Below are positions 1 to 12,585 of a stretch of DNA of 64,000 nt, one piece after another. Position 1 is the stretch's first letter. Each line of letters begins with the position of its first letter. This stretch comes from Tubulanus polymorphus. Taxonomy: Eukaryota; Animalia; Nemertea. The notes beneath the pieces are model-generated. The model was given only the letters and a program-made list of their open reading frames with translations, ran no database searches and was not told the origin of the DNA. The stretch lies in the NCBI RefSeq assembly GCF_964204645.1, contig NC_134028.1:19289653-19353652 (forward strand), in the 5' to 3' direction. A program made the translations under genes and the position numbers.

Positions 1-1672
1 TATGCTCTAGAATGATAAAGAATGACTTATTTATTTGATATAGTGCAATAATAAGTTACATTACTCAGAAAAAATCAATTAACTGTGAAATTCAATTTTT
101 CCGAAAATATTTTCATCCTAAATCTATCATCCTAAAAAACCAATCCAGGAACTTAATTTTTGCTTGAAAAGGGGATGATGTCTTGTACCCCTGGTAAAAA
201 TTTGGAGTCGATATCTCAATTCTAAGATACTGGTTGCTATGGTGGATTGATATTCCTAAGTACCGAGACTTTAACCGTCGATTTCTCAGAATCCTCTTCC
301 GCTGACTTACAGTCTTCAACATTTAATAACTCAGTGAGTTTTTGAGATATCAACATAATTTTTTTTGCATTGGATTCCACACAATTGTGGCTTTCAAAAT
401 ATGTATAGTACTCAATTTTGATAAGGTGACCCAAGTAACTGATTTTGCCAGCACCAGTCACATATTATCATAAGCGAAGAAGATAATGAACTGATATCAT
501 TAGCCGAAATGGCATATATTCGAAAACCAGGCATGGACGAATAGATAAACACCAACTTTCAAAAGGACAACATGATAGAATTGTACGAATCGTTGGATTC
601 CAAGTTCAGTACTGATACTATCAAACAATCTGTGCCGAGATACATACCAAATGGGACATCTATAGACTGTATTCCGTTCAACACAATGTCGCCACAGGTG
701 TATAACAATCTCCCTGATTGCCAGTCTACTAGCATGTTGACCCCCTTGCTTGCTAACACCAACATTTACTCAATGTTAGCATTAGTTGTTGGGAAGTTGT
801 TTTTAAATATTGGGCTGTAAAACATTGTAACAACATTTAGACAATGTATATATACAAACACGCCATCTGTTGAGGATACCAAGAGAAACTAATGATAATA
901 CAACATTTCAGCAACATTGACCAAATTGCCAGACTAAATAAATTGAATTGAATTTTATTTAGTTTAGTTAGAAATCGAACACATTTTGCTTGTTCTTACA
1001 TAGTGGTTAGGCTACTAAAATGATATGAAGATTAGTTAATTTGTTAACTATTAGAAAGCTGTTAGAAAGCTGTTTGGAAGAAATATCCAAAATAAATAGG
1101 CCAAAAAGCGACAGTGTTGCCCCCGTCCCCGCCATTTTGGTTCTCACTGCGAGTTAAATAATAAGTTTAATAATTTTCCTTAGTTCATGCTTTAATACAC
1201 ATTTTACATCGATCTTGAATTGATTTCTGGTATCAATTGCATTTGTTTTTAATTGTTATACATCTCCGGACCCAACTAATAAGTATTGTAAAAGTTTTTT
1301 TACTGATGATTATATAAAAGGTTTTCATGAATGAACTGGAATTCATTTATAGGCCTATGCAGTAGAGTCGGCGAATGTGGGTCACTCTACACTTACAATG
1401 CTACTCCGTGTAAAATAGACATTAGTACCGGTACTAGCCTGGAGTGTGACCGAATCAGTGGCTTATTGGACAGATTTTTGATCACTTTTTACAGCGAAAA
1501 GATTTACTCCAAAAAAGCCTGTGACACTGAACAAATTTCATCAGATCATTTATCCTACGAATAGTTTTTCTAAAACTGCGATTGGTTGGTCAATTTTGAC
1601 AAACTGCGTGCAAAAAAAAGGTGCGTGGCTAATCCAAGAATGATACCATGTTTTTTTCACCTAATTATAGCC

Positions 1673-3428
1673 ATGAAGCGTCGACTCTCTAATCACGCAT
1701 GGATGTCTGCGAAACGGTCTCTTCAAAAGAGAACTATCATTCGAAATCAATCTAGTAGCGATGATGATGGTGCTGTTGCAGAACATAACTTTGAGGAACA
1801 TACTAGAGAAATTGTGATTGCGGCTGAAAATGAAATGAATGCATTGGAAAATGAGTGGAATTCCTCCGAAAACTCAGAAGATCAGGAGGAGATTGAAGGA
1901 GGCCATGAACAACATGAAATGCCACCAGCTGTCGAAGAAGCATACGTATTGGAAATAATTGATGATTATGATAATCGAAGCAGTGATGGCGACACAATGT
2001 CCTCGGAAAGTAGTGATTCTGATAATCTTACGGCTGATCTCGTTGAATGGGCTTATCGTTTTCAAGTTAAACATGATGCTGTGGATAACTTGCTTCAAAA
2101 TTTGTGGATAACTTGCTTCAAAAAGTACCATCTGGAATCGCCGTCTACTGCAAGATCTTTGTTGAAAACTCCAAAACATATTGCAACCAATATTGTGTCA
2201 GGTATGGACTATTCATATTTTGGCGTCGCAGATCAGCTTCGAAATTCATTAAGAAGGTATCCTGCAGAACTTCTTCGCGAAATTGTTGATCTAGATATTT
2301 GTTTTAACATTGATGGGTTGCCACTTTTCAGCAGATCTTCAAGAATGAATTTTTGGCCAATATTAGGCAGTGTTTTAAATCTGAGTCCCCCTGATGTATT
2401 TGTCGTGCCGATAACAAGTGGTTTGTGTAAACCAACTGATTTAAACTTATTTCAAGAATTCATCGATGAATACAATGAAATACTGCAAGACGGCATTGAA
2501 ATTAATGGAAAAGTTTATAATATCGGAAAATCCAGTGTTACGTGTGATGTCCCTGCACGAGCAATGGTTAAAGCTGCAAAATCCTTTAATGGCTATTTCG
2601 GTTGTGATTGATGCGAACAAAGAGGAGAATATTATATATGCCCTGGTGCTAATAGGGGTCGTGTTATATTTCGCCAGATAACTGAATTACCATTACGGAC
2701 TGACAAACGATTTCGCAACCAGGAAAATGATCAACATCATAACGGCATTTCACCATTCTGCAATTTGCCAATTGATATGGTGCTTGATTTCAGAGTTGAT
2801 TACATGCATCAAGTCTGTCTAGGTGTAATGAAAAAAATGTTGTTAGTATGGCTTCCTGGACCACGAGAAATAAAGATCTCGCAACAACAAGTAGCTGTGA
2901 TTAGTCAAAACCTAGAGGACATAAAGCAATATATACCTAAAGTATTTGCGCGTAAACCTCGTAGCTTAGTAGATGTCTACCATTGGAAAGCAACTGAATT
3001 CAGGCAATTTCTATTATATACAGGTCAATTTGTCCTCAAAGATGTCTACATCCATGATTTTTTGATAACTTCATGTGTTTGTCCATAGCAATTGGGATTT
3101 TGATTGATCGAAAGCGGCGTAACAGATTTTAATGGAAAACAAAGGATTATTTCAGCCACAAAACCAAATAATGCATATGTTCTTCCCGATGATTCACTTG
3201 TTGAAGTAAATGGGGTAAACGAAGATGATACGTACAGATGCAAATTGTATGGAAACAGCACCAGGGTTTTCGATAGCCCTTGTGATTCAAGGACACTTGG
3301 ATTTTTCTCTGTACGAGTAAATGCCTTTACGTTACAAATTCCTCCGGTTTAGAATGGCCAGGCAAGCAATTTTGGCTGAAAAACACCCATACTGTTATTT
3401 TTTGGCTTTGCATCTTGAAATGGATTAG
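1673..3428 (+). pseudogene. CACTA/EnSpm-like (CMC) DDE transposase, disrupted
   Basis: Motifs FNIDGLPLF, FWPILG, CDVPARA..K..FNGYFGCD*C, DYMHQVCLGV, FARKPRSL...WKATEFRQFLLYTG. TGA at 2609-2611 is in frame with the 2765-3088 ORF; apparent internal deletion near 3047. Confidence 0.8.
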
Positions 3429-3449
3429 GCTCATTGGTAACTCATAAGA

Positions 3450-3857
3450 TGTACATTATGATAATGTTGATCACTTGCCTTTGTATGTAGATGACCGGCA
3501 GAGATGTAAGTGCTGTTCAGGGAAATTTTCCCAGGTAAAATGTTGAATATGTACGGTAATGTTCACTTGTGCTTGAACAAAAATCGTAACTGTTTTATAA
3601 CCTTTCATCAGAAGTAACAATTGTAGACTGAAGTGTTTTTGATGTTTCTAATAAAAAATGGTATTTTTTGAATTCATAAAAAATTCTTGTTTTTCCTTTT
3701 TTAACAATTGTATCAAATTTGATACATTTTGGAAAAGTAGGTCAAGTGTGCCAAAAAAATTTTTGGCGTTATTTGTGGATTCGTGTGTCCATAATTATAA
3801 TATTTCCCGGTGGGCATATTTTTCACTTGATTTTCGGACCCCTTGGTAGATAGAGGG
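3450..3857 (+). mobile_element. 3' end fragment of a piggyBac-like element (Cys-rich C-terminus, polyA signal, terminus)
   Basis: Translates as YDNVDHLP...RQRCKCC...VKC*IC..HLCLNKNRNCFITFH; AATAAA near 3650; ends ...TAGAGGG followed by CTAA. Confidence 0.65.
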
Positions 3858-3862
3858 CTAAA

Positions 3863-5115
3863 ATGCCGAACACTCGAGCCTACTGGGAACTCGAAACCAG
3901 ACATGCTCCTGTTGCGGATGTTATGGCGAGGAATCGTTATGAAAAACTTGTTGCAAATATACATTTTGTGGACAACAATCAAGTAACTGATGAACAGAAA
4001 ATGGACAAACTACATAAAATTCGACCCTGGCTCAAACTGTTACGTAGAAACTTCCTTTCGTTAGCATCACTAAAGTTGCAGTCGGTGGATGAAATGATGG
4101 TTCCCTTCAAGGGACGATCAATCATTAGAGTGTACATGCCCAACAAACCAAAAAAATATGGAATAAAAATGTGGGCACGAGCTAGCTCGGACGGTTTGTT
4201 CATGATTTTGATGTTTATGAAGGTGCCTGAACAGGTACATCAAATAACTCGACGTCAGTATTAGGCAAATCTGCAGGGGTTGTAGCAAAGCTTTGTGAAA
4301 CATTAGATGTCGGTATGAATTATAAAGTGTATGCAGATAATTTCTTCACAACGATACCTCTGATTGAGGCTCTAAAAAGGAAGAAAATTTGGTTCCTCGG
4401 TACTGTCCGAATGGATCGAGTTGTAAATTGTAATTTGAAATCTGAAAAAGAGCTAAAAAGGGAAGGCTGTGGATCGTATGATTACAAAGTTGAAATGAAT
4501 ACACAGATTGTCTGTCTAACATGGCTTGACAATAAATGTGTGAACCTGGCATCATCATATATTAGGGCATCATCCTTAGATAAGGCATGACGATGGGATC
4601 GATCTGCCAAAATCCACATAGATGTCGATCGTCCAGCTATGATATCCCAATATAATAGCTTTATGGGAGGCATTGATCTTATGGACATGTGTATATCCAT
4701 GTATAAAGCATCTATTAGGTCCAGACGATGGTATTTATGTGTATTTTGGCACACAGTAAAACTAGCATTAGTGAATGCTTGGCTTTTGTACAGAAGAATG
4801 CAAAACGAGAATGATATTCCAAAAAAAACTCCCTCTGAGGCGATTTCAGGCCCAGGTTGCACAGGCACTCTGTAAGTCTGGAAAACCGGTTGGTCGTGTA
4901 GGCAGACCATCACACGAAGAGGCAGAGATTCTGTCTCAGCAAGAGACGCAAGGTAGCCACAGCACTAGTGTCCGATGAAGTTCGAAAAGACCAAGTTGAC
5001 CATTTTCCCTCATGGGACCTAAAACGTATGTGGTGTCGTAATTGCCAAAATGGCAGCCTAACTTATATCAAATGCATCAAATGTAATGCATACTTATGCT
5101 TGAATAAGCAGAGGA
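3863..5115 (+). pseudogene. Degraded piggyBac (PGBD2/3-like) transposase
   Basis: SVDEMMVPFKGR, YMPNKPKKYGIK, VYADNFFT, GTVR, WLDNKCV, YNSFMGGIDLMD and a C-terminal Cys-rich domain, split by frameshifts and stops. Confidence 0.9.
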
Positions 5116-5286
5116 TGATACTATTGATTGTGTAACATGTATTACGTTCCATATACATAGTATGCTCCTGAAAATGGTCTTACTGTAGGACACTGAACTG
5201 TTTATCTTTAGTTTTGACACATAGCATCTGTTTTTGTGCTGCAGAGTATGAGCTTATATACGTTGTAACTTTATTTTCTGGTCACT

Positions 5287-5328
5287 CCACCTGATGATGG
5301 CTATTAGTCAACAGCCGAAACGTTGTGG
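5287..5328 (+). ncRNA. Minimal hammerhead ribozyme motif (Penelope-like element end)
   Basis: CCAC-CTGATGA-T-GGCT..AGCC-GAAAC-GTT-GTGG: conserved core, stem I CCAC/GTGG, stem II GGCT/AGCC; AATAAA at 5338. Confidence 0.7.
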
Positions 5329-5843
5329 TTTCAATTCAATAAATTTTACCATTTAATAAATCCAATTTATCTACTAATTTAAATACTGGCTTTTCTCCCC
5401 ATAATCAATTACTATCTAGACATCTCAACTCTTTTTATTTTGTAAAATAGTTTCAGAAATATAATTCATATTCCACACTATTTATATTGTTAGAAATAAT
5501 TTGCTATTTTTAATTTTGTGACTACTCCATGAATTTTGAAAACATGTCTTAGATTCCTGTGTTGTAAATATTTTAATATTTTTGACTATTGAATATAATT
5601 CATAAACTTTACATCATTCTTTATTTTTCACTTTGAGAGAAGGAAGTACTTGGAATCACTTCACACAATATATATATGAACCCATTTTAGAGCACATTTA
5701 GATACAATGGGAGCAATGCCAATATTTCACGTCAAGTAAAAACCGCGCCTGCAATCAAGCATTTTCTGAAAATTTAGGGTCTGTCGGGGGAACATCATAG
5801 GAACTTAAAACCTTCCTCAGTTTCATCAGAAAGCCCTTATTAA

Positions 5844-8156
5844 CACTTTGACTGCGGCACCCGAGTTAACTCGGGTTCTAAGGCCCGATTTTTTACTGCG
5901 GCGCCCGAGTTAACTCGTTTTTATGCACCCGTTCAGTGGCGACTCCTGTTTTTGGGAAACGGTACCACGGAACTATTATTTGTTCACGAATGCAACTAAC
6001 AGGCTTCCATACTGCATTCTAATGTTGATTTCGAATCGATTTTGTTATTGTACGGGTAGGTAGAGGCGCTGAATGTACAGTGCTTATCTATGGGTGAGTT
6101 TCAAAACAAAGATGGCTGCGCCCAGGAGACAAGGTGGTAGACAGCTAACGGACTTAGAAATAAGCGAAATATTTGCCGACAGTGATTCGGAAAATGAACT
6201 TTTCGATGAACAAAATGCTGCAGCAGATGATGAGGAGGCCAGGGTAAGCTCTGAGGCTTCGGAAATTGAATCAAACGGTGAATCAAATGATGCGCATGAT
6301 TTGGACTCTGAAAATAATTCTGAAATTTCGGCCAGCGGCAGTGATGAATCGAACGATGATGATATAGCCCCAGTGGCCGCCCCAGCCCCCCCACCAGTTC
6401 AACGTGGTAGAGGCTTAGTAAGGAGGGGTGCTAGAGGTAGAGGGGCAAATCGTGGACGTGGTCGGGGCCGTGTTCCAGCTAATAGGCCTGATCCGGATGC
6501 AGGATGGAGTGACACTAATGTGCAGCCAGTTGCTGGTGCTTTTACAGGTACACCTGGATTGAATGTAAACATGGACAGTGATGAGCCTATTGATTATTTT
6601 AGGCTTTATGTAACTGATGAACTTATAGACATTCTAGTTACTCAGACTAATTTGTATGCTTCTCAATTTATTAGAGATGCACAGCTGAAGCCTAAATCGA
6701 GGGTCCACGCATGGAAAGATGTTGACGCACAAGAAATGTGGCGTTTCCTTATGCTACTCTCTATGATGGGTATTATAAAAAAACCCACTATAAACATGTA
6801 TTGGTCTAAAAAGAAAACAGTCAGAACTCCATTTTTCAATGAAACCATGCCTCGTGATCGATTTCTGCTGATATTGAAATTTTTTCATTGTAACGACAAC
6901 GATGCTCGTCCTGGTGACAACCAGGATCGGTTATACAAAGTCCGCCCTGTCTATGATCACCTCACACGCAAATTTACCGAAGTTTACACGCCCACGGAAC
7001 ATTTATCATTAGACGAAGGGGTGTTGAAGTGGCGCGGGAGACTAGTGTTTCGTTGTTATAACCCCCAAAAGCCCGAAAAATATGGAATGAAGTCGTACAT
7101 GGTATCGGAATCCGAATCTGGGTATTTTTACAGTTTTAGTCTCTATTGTGGCACGAACCGGAATGTTCCTACCATATGTGATGATACCCTACAGCCTTTA
7201 TATGGTAAGAACTATAAAGTTTACATGGATAACTTCTACAATAGGTGGAAGGTATCCCAGCACTTGCTCAATAATAGGACTCACACATGCGGAACTGTTC
7301 GTATAAACCGCGGTCTTCCAAAGGCGCTTGTTCAACAAAGCAAAGAACTTCGACGTGGCGATGTCGCTTTCCGTCAAAAGGATGGAATAATGTTTCTGCT
7401 ATGGCTAGATAAGAGACTGGTAAAAATGGTATCCACTTTACATGATTCTTCTATGGCAGAAACAGGTAAACAGGATAAAGATGGAAATCTGATTAGAAAA
7501 CCGCAATGCATAATTGATTATAACCATTTTATGTCTGGTGTGGACCACTGTGATCAGATGTCGCGTTATTATCCGTGTGTTTTGAAAACTGTGAAATGGA
7601 TAAAAAAATTAGTACTATATCTCATTCATCTATCAGCAGTGAACAGTTATTTCCTGTATCAAAAGAATCCCAATAAGGACAAACTTCATCTTCTGGAATT
7701 TTTGGAGCGTATAATTGAATCTATGGCTGAACTTGCGGGTGAAGTTCCCGTGGGGCATCAGGCCAATAGGGGACCACAGGGAGATCCAGTTACAAGGCTT
7801 ACAGGAGGGGCAGCTAATCATGCATTTGTTTTGATCCCCCCTACTGCCAAGAAACAAAACCCAACCAGAGTATGCAGGGTTTGCTCAAAAAAGGGCATGA
7901 GAAGCGAGTCTAGATATATGTGCCGCAACTGTGAAACCCCCCTTCATCCTGAATGTTACTCTGCATATCACTCCAAAAAGATTTACTGGGTGTAAAATAT
8001 CATAAAACCAAAGAATAAAAGACAAGAGTAAGGTAAGACATTATTTTTTCTTCATTTATTGCTCTTTTATTGAAGGACTACAAAATTTAACATTTTTTGG
8101 AAAAAACGTTAGCACAGGGGTATATACGCATTTCTAAAATTTCAGCAGTCAAAGTG
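5844..8156 (+). mobile_element. Full-length piggyBac transposon, copy 1
   Basis: TTAA at 5840-5843 and 8157-8160; perfect 12-bp TIR CACTTTGACTGC/GCAGTCAAAGTG; two left subterminal repeats ACTGCGGCRCCCGAGTTAACTCG. Confidence 0.96.
6073..7995 (+). CDS. Intact piggyBac transposase (PGBD4/piggyBat-like), 640 aa; probable true start MAAP at 6112
   Basis: Catalytic DDD in LSLDEG, YMDNFY and SGVD; acidic and RG-rich N-terminus; C-terminal CRVC..CRNC..LHPEC...H domain; no internal stops. Confidence 0.95.
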   Translation: MYSAYLWVSFKTKMAAPRRQGGRQLTDLEISEIFADSDSENELFDEQNAAADDEEARVSSEASEIESNGESNDAHDLDSENNSEISASGSDESNDDDIAPVAAPAPPPVQRGRGLVRRGARGRGANRGRGRGRVPANRPDPDAGWSDTNVQPVAGAFTGTPGLNVNMDSDEPIDYFRLYVTDELIDILVTQTNLYASQFIRDAQLKPKSRVHAWKDVDAQEMWRFLMLLSMMGIIKKPTINMYWSKKKTVRTPFFNETMPRDRFLLILKFFHCNDNDARPGDNQDRLYKVRPVYDHLTRKFTEVYTPTEHLSLDEGVLKWRGRLVFRCYNPQKPEKYGMKSYMVSESESGYFYSFSLYCGTNRNVPTICDDTLQPLYGKNYKVYMDNFYNRWKVSQHLLNNRTHTCGTVRINRGLPKALVQQSKELRRGDVAFRQKDGIMFLLWLDKRLVKMVSTLHDSSMAETGKQDKDGNLIRKPQCIIDYNHFMSGVDHCDQMSRYYPCVLKTVKWIKKLVLYLIHLSAVNSYFLYQKNPNKDKLHLLEFLERIIESMAELAGEVPVGHQANRGPQGDPVTRLTGGAANHAFVLIPPTAKKQNPTRVCRVCSKKGMRSESRYMCRNCETPLHPECYSAYHSKKIYWV

Positions 8157-9181
8157 TTAATAAATACGTTTGAATTGTAGGATAGTATAATCAGTTAAAA
8201 TAGTCACTGGTGAAATGCTGTACACGAGTAAATGGCGGATGTAATATACGTGCGTCATCTTCACCCATTTCACCCTGTTTCACTTCACCTCACAACAAAT
8301 TTCAATTTTGTTTGAATCATATGTTCGGGTTTTAGTGGTGGTAATTCTTTTTCGTCTTCACTATCCAAAGGACTAATAGAATGTCCAGGTAGTTTTGTAG
8401 CTTGTTGCAATTGGTACACCTTTTGCTTTTTGTTAGGTTTCGGTAGTTTGCCAAATAGATTTATATTTCTTATCCTCCCTTGGAATGCGTGATAACTTCT
8501 TGTTGAACTGCCAAAAGCGTGTCGTTAACGTCTGATCTGCTACACATGGTCAGTAGCATCATGTCTTGGAAAAATCTCATTCCCAAATGATCGTGTTTCA
8601 TTTTTCTTAACATCATGTCTTACTCGTAATAGTAAACACATGCTCCTTTTTCTTCCCACTTCCAAACGTGTTTTTTGCATTCATCGTCTCTGATCACATT
8701 GGTTATTTCCAATATTTCACGTTTCTCTTGTTCTCTAGAGTCTTCAAATATCACATATTGACCACCATACTGATCATTTCTATTGACAATGGACAAATCC
8801 ACCGCTGCTCTATTTGGGCATTGACATGTGGCTTATGTTTATGTTTATTCACCATGCTCATCTATAACAAATAACTGCGACTCTATTCGAGTTTAGTACC
8901 GGTTGAAATCTTATCACTGTGCATTTTTCAACTTTTCCCTTTTGTCGTGTTTTGTGTTCAGTCAAGATTGTAGTCAGTTGCGTTTTACTACATCCAAATC
9001 CTAAACCAAAAATGTCAAGAACAGTAAATGCAGAAGTACAAAAGCCAAACACCTCCACGCCTCAGACTGCGATGAACCAATGGTAGAAGATCTGAATTTG
9101 TCTCCTATTCAATCGCATAGCAAAGAAAAACCGTCACTTTTACAACGGAAACCACAGCAGAAAAATCTCTTTCCTGACTGA

Positions 9182-10148
9182 ATCGATGAATACAATGAAA
9201 TACTGCAAGACGGCATTGAAATTAATGGAAAAGTTTATAATATCGGAAAATCCAGTGTTACGTGTGATGTCCCTGCACGAGCAATGGTTAAAGCTGCAAA
9301 ATCCTTTAATGGCTATTTCGGTTGTGATTGATGCGAACAAAGAGGAGAATATTATATATGCCCTGGTGCTAATAGGGGTCGTGTTATATTTCGCCAGATA
9401 ACTGAATTACCATTACGGACTGACGAACGATTTCGCAACCAGGAAAATGATCAACATCATAACGGCATTTCACCATTCTGCAATTTGCCAATTGATATGG
9501 TGCTTGATTTCAGAGTTGATTACATGCATCAAGTCTGTCTAGGTGTAACGAAAAAAATGTTGTTAGTATGGCTTCCTGGACCACGAGAAATAAAGATCTC
9601 GCAACAACAAGTAGCTGTGATTAGTCAAAACCTAGAGGACATAAAGCAATATATACCTAAAGTATTTGCGCGTAAACCTCGTAGCTTAGTAGATGTCTAC
9701 CGTTGGAAAGCAACTGAATTCAGGCAATATCTATTATATACAGGTCAATTTGTCCTCAAAGATGTCTACATCCATGATTTTTTGATAACTTCATGTGTTT
9801 GTCCATAGCAATTGGGATTTTGATTGATCAAAAGCGGCGTAACAGATTTTAATGGAAAACAAAGGATTATTTCAGCCACAAAACCAAATAATGCATATGT
9901 TCTTCCCGATGATTCACTTGTTGAAGTAAATGGGGTAAACGAAGATGATACGTACAGATGCAAATTGTATGGAAACAGCACCAGGGTTTTCGATAGCCCT
10001 TGTGATTCAAGGACACTTGGATTTTTCTCTGTACGAGTAAATGCCTTTACGTTACAAATTCCTCCGGTTTAGAATGGCCAGGCAAGCAATTTTGGCTGAA
10101 AAACACCCATACTGTTATTTTTTGGCTTTGCATCTTGAAATGGATTAG
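9182..10148 (+). pseudogene. Duplicated 3' part of the CACTA/EnSpm-like transposase
   Basis: Copy of 2462-3428 inside the tandem duplication. Confidence 0.8.
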
Positions 10149-10169
10149 GCTCATTGGTAACTCATAAGA

Positions 10170-10577
10170 TGTACATTATGATAATGTTGATCACTTGCCT
10201 TTGTATGTAGATGACCGGCAGAGATGTAAGTGCTGTTCAGGGAAATTTTCCCAGGTAAAATGTTGAATATGTACGGTAATGTTCACTTGTGCTTGAACAA
10301 AAATCGTAACTGTTTTATAACCTTTCATCAGAAGTAACAATTGTAGACTGAAGTGTTTTTGATGTTTCTAATAAAAAATGGTATTTTTTGAATTCATAAA
10401 AAATTCTTGTTTTTCCTTTTTTAACAATTGTATCAAATTTGATACATTTTGGAAAAGTAGGTCAAGTGTGCCAAAAAAATTTTTGGCGTTATTTGTGGAT
10501 TCGTGTGTCCATAATGATAATATTTCCCGGTGGGCATATTTTTCACTTGATTTTCGGACCCCTTGGTAGATAGAGGG
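10170..10577 (+). mobile_element. Duplicate piggyBac 3' end fragment
   Basis: Copy of 3450-3857. Confidence 0.65.
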
Positions 10578-10582
10578 CTAAA

Positions 10583-11861
10583 ATGCCGAACACTCGAGCC
10601 TACTGGGAACTCGAAACCAGACATGCTCCTGTTGCGGATGTTATGGCGAGGAATCGTTACGAAAAACTTGTTGCAAATATACATTTTGTGGACAACAATC
10701 AAGTAACTGATGAACAGAAAATGGACAAACTACATAAAATTCGACCCTGGCTCAAACTGTTACGTAGAAACTTCCTTTCGTTAGCATCACTAAAGTTGCA
10801 GTCGGTGGATGAAATGATGGTTCCCTTCAAGGGACGATCAATCATTAGAGTGTACATGCCCAACAAACCAAAAAAATATGGAATAAAAATGTGGGCACGA
10901 GCTAGCTCGGACGGTTTGTTCATGATTTTGATGTTTATGAAGGTGCCTGAACAGGTACATCAAATAACTCGACGTCAGTATTAGGCAAATCTGCAGGGGT
11001 TGTAGCAAAGCTTTGTGAAACATTAGATGTCGGTATGAATTATAAAGTGTATGCAGATAATTTCTTCACAACGATACCTCTGATTGAAGCTCTAAAAAGG
11101 AAGAAAATTTGGTTCCTCGGTACTGTCCGAATGGATCGAGTTGTAAATTGTAATTTGAAATCTGAAAAAGAGCTAAAAAGGGAAGGCTGTGGATCGTATG
11201 ATTACAAAGTTGAAATGAATACACAGATTGTCTGTCTAACATGGCTTGACAATAAATGTGTGAACCTGGCATCATCATATATTAGGGCATCATCCTTAGA
11301 TAAGGCATGACGATGGGATCGATCTGCCAAAATCCACATAGATGTCGATCGTCCAGCTATGATATCCCAATATAATAGCTTTATGGGAGGCATTGATCTT
11401 ATGGACATGTGTATATCCATGTATAAAGCATCTATTAGGTCCAGACAATGGTATTTATGTGTATTTTGGCACACAGTAAAACTAGCATTAGTGAATGCTT
11501 GGCTTTTGTACAGAAGAATGCAAAACGAGAATGATATTCCAAAAAAAACTCCCTCTGAGGCGATTTCAGGCCCAGGTTGCACAGGCACTCTGTAAGTCTG
11601 GAAAACCGGTTGGTCGTGTAGGCAGACCATCACACGAAGAGGCAGAGATTCTGTCTCAGCAAGAGACGCAAGGTAGCCACAGCACTAGTGTCCGATGAAG
11701 TTCGAAAAGACCAAGTTGACCATTTTCCCTCATGGGACCTAAAACGTATGTGGTGTCGTAATTGCCAAAATGGCAGCCTAACTTATATCAAATGCATCAA
11801 ATGTAATGCATACTTATGCTTGAATAAGCAGAGGAACTGTTTTTTGGCATGGCATAAATGA
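10583..11861 (+). pseudogene. Degraded piggyBac transposase, second copy
   Basis: Copy of 3863-5115 that retains the 23 bp encoding the terminal ..RNCFLAWHK* missing in copy 1. Confidence 0.9.
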
Positions 11862-12028
11862 TACTATTGATTGTGTAACATGTATTACGTTCCATATACA
11901 TAGTATGCTCCTGAAAATGGTCTTACTGTAGGACACTGAACTGTTTATCTTTAGTTTTGACACATAGCATCTGTTTTTGTGCTGCAGAGTATGAGCTTAT
12001 ATACGTTGTAACTTTATTTCTGGTCACT

Positions 12029-12070
12029 CCACCTGATGATGGCTATTAGTCAACAGCTGAAACGTTGTGG
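12029..12070 (+). ncRNA. Minimal hammerhead ribozyme motif, duplicate
   Basis: Same as 5287-5328 with a C>T change that turns a stem II G-C pair into G-U. Confidence 0.65.
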
Positions 12071-12585
12071 TTTCAATTCAATAAATTTTACCATTTAATA
12101 AATCCAATTTATCTACTAATTTAAATACTGGCTTTTCTCCCCATAATCAATTACTATCTAGACATCTCAACTCTTTGTATTTTGTAAAATAGTTTCAGAA
12201 ATATAATTCATATTCCACACTATTTATATTGTTAGAAATAATTTGCTATTTTTAATTTTGTGACTACTCCATGAATTTTGAAAACATGTCTTAGACTCCT
12301 GTGTTGTAAATATTTTAATATTTTTGACTATTGAATATAATTCATATACTTTACATCATTCTTTATTTTTCACTTTGAGAGAAGGAAGTACTTGGAATCA
12401 CTTCACACAATATATATATGAACCCATTTTAGAGCACATTTAGATACAATGGGAGCAATGCCAATATTTCACGTCAAGTAAAAACCGCGCCTGCAATCAA
12501 GCATTTTCTGAAAATTTAGGGTCTGTCGGGGGAACATCATAGGAACTTAAAACCTTCCTCAGTTTCATCAGAAAGCCCTTATTAA

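Noticed and set aside
1-820. Short ORFs at the window start as a host gene
   Set aside because: No recognisable motif or consistent frame.
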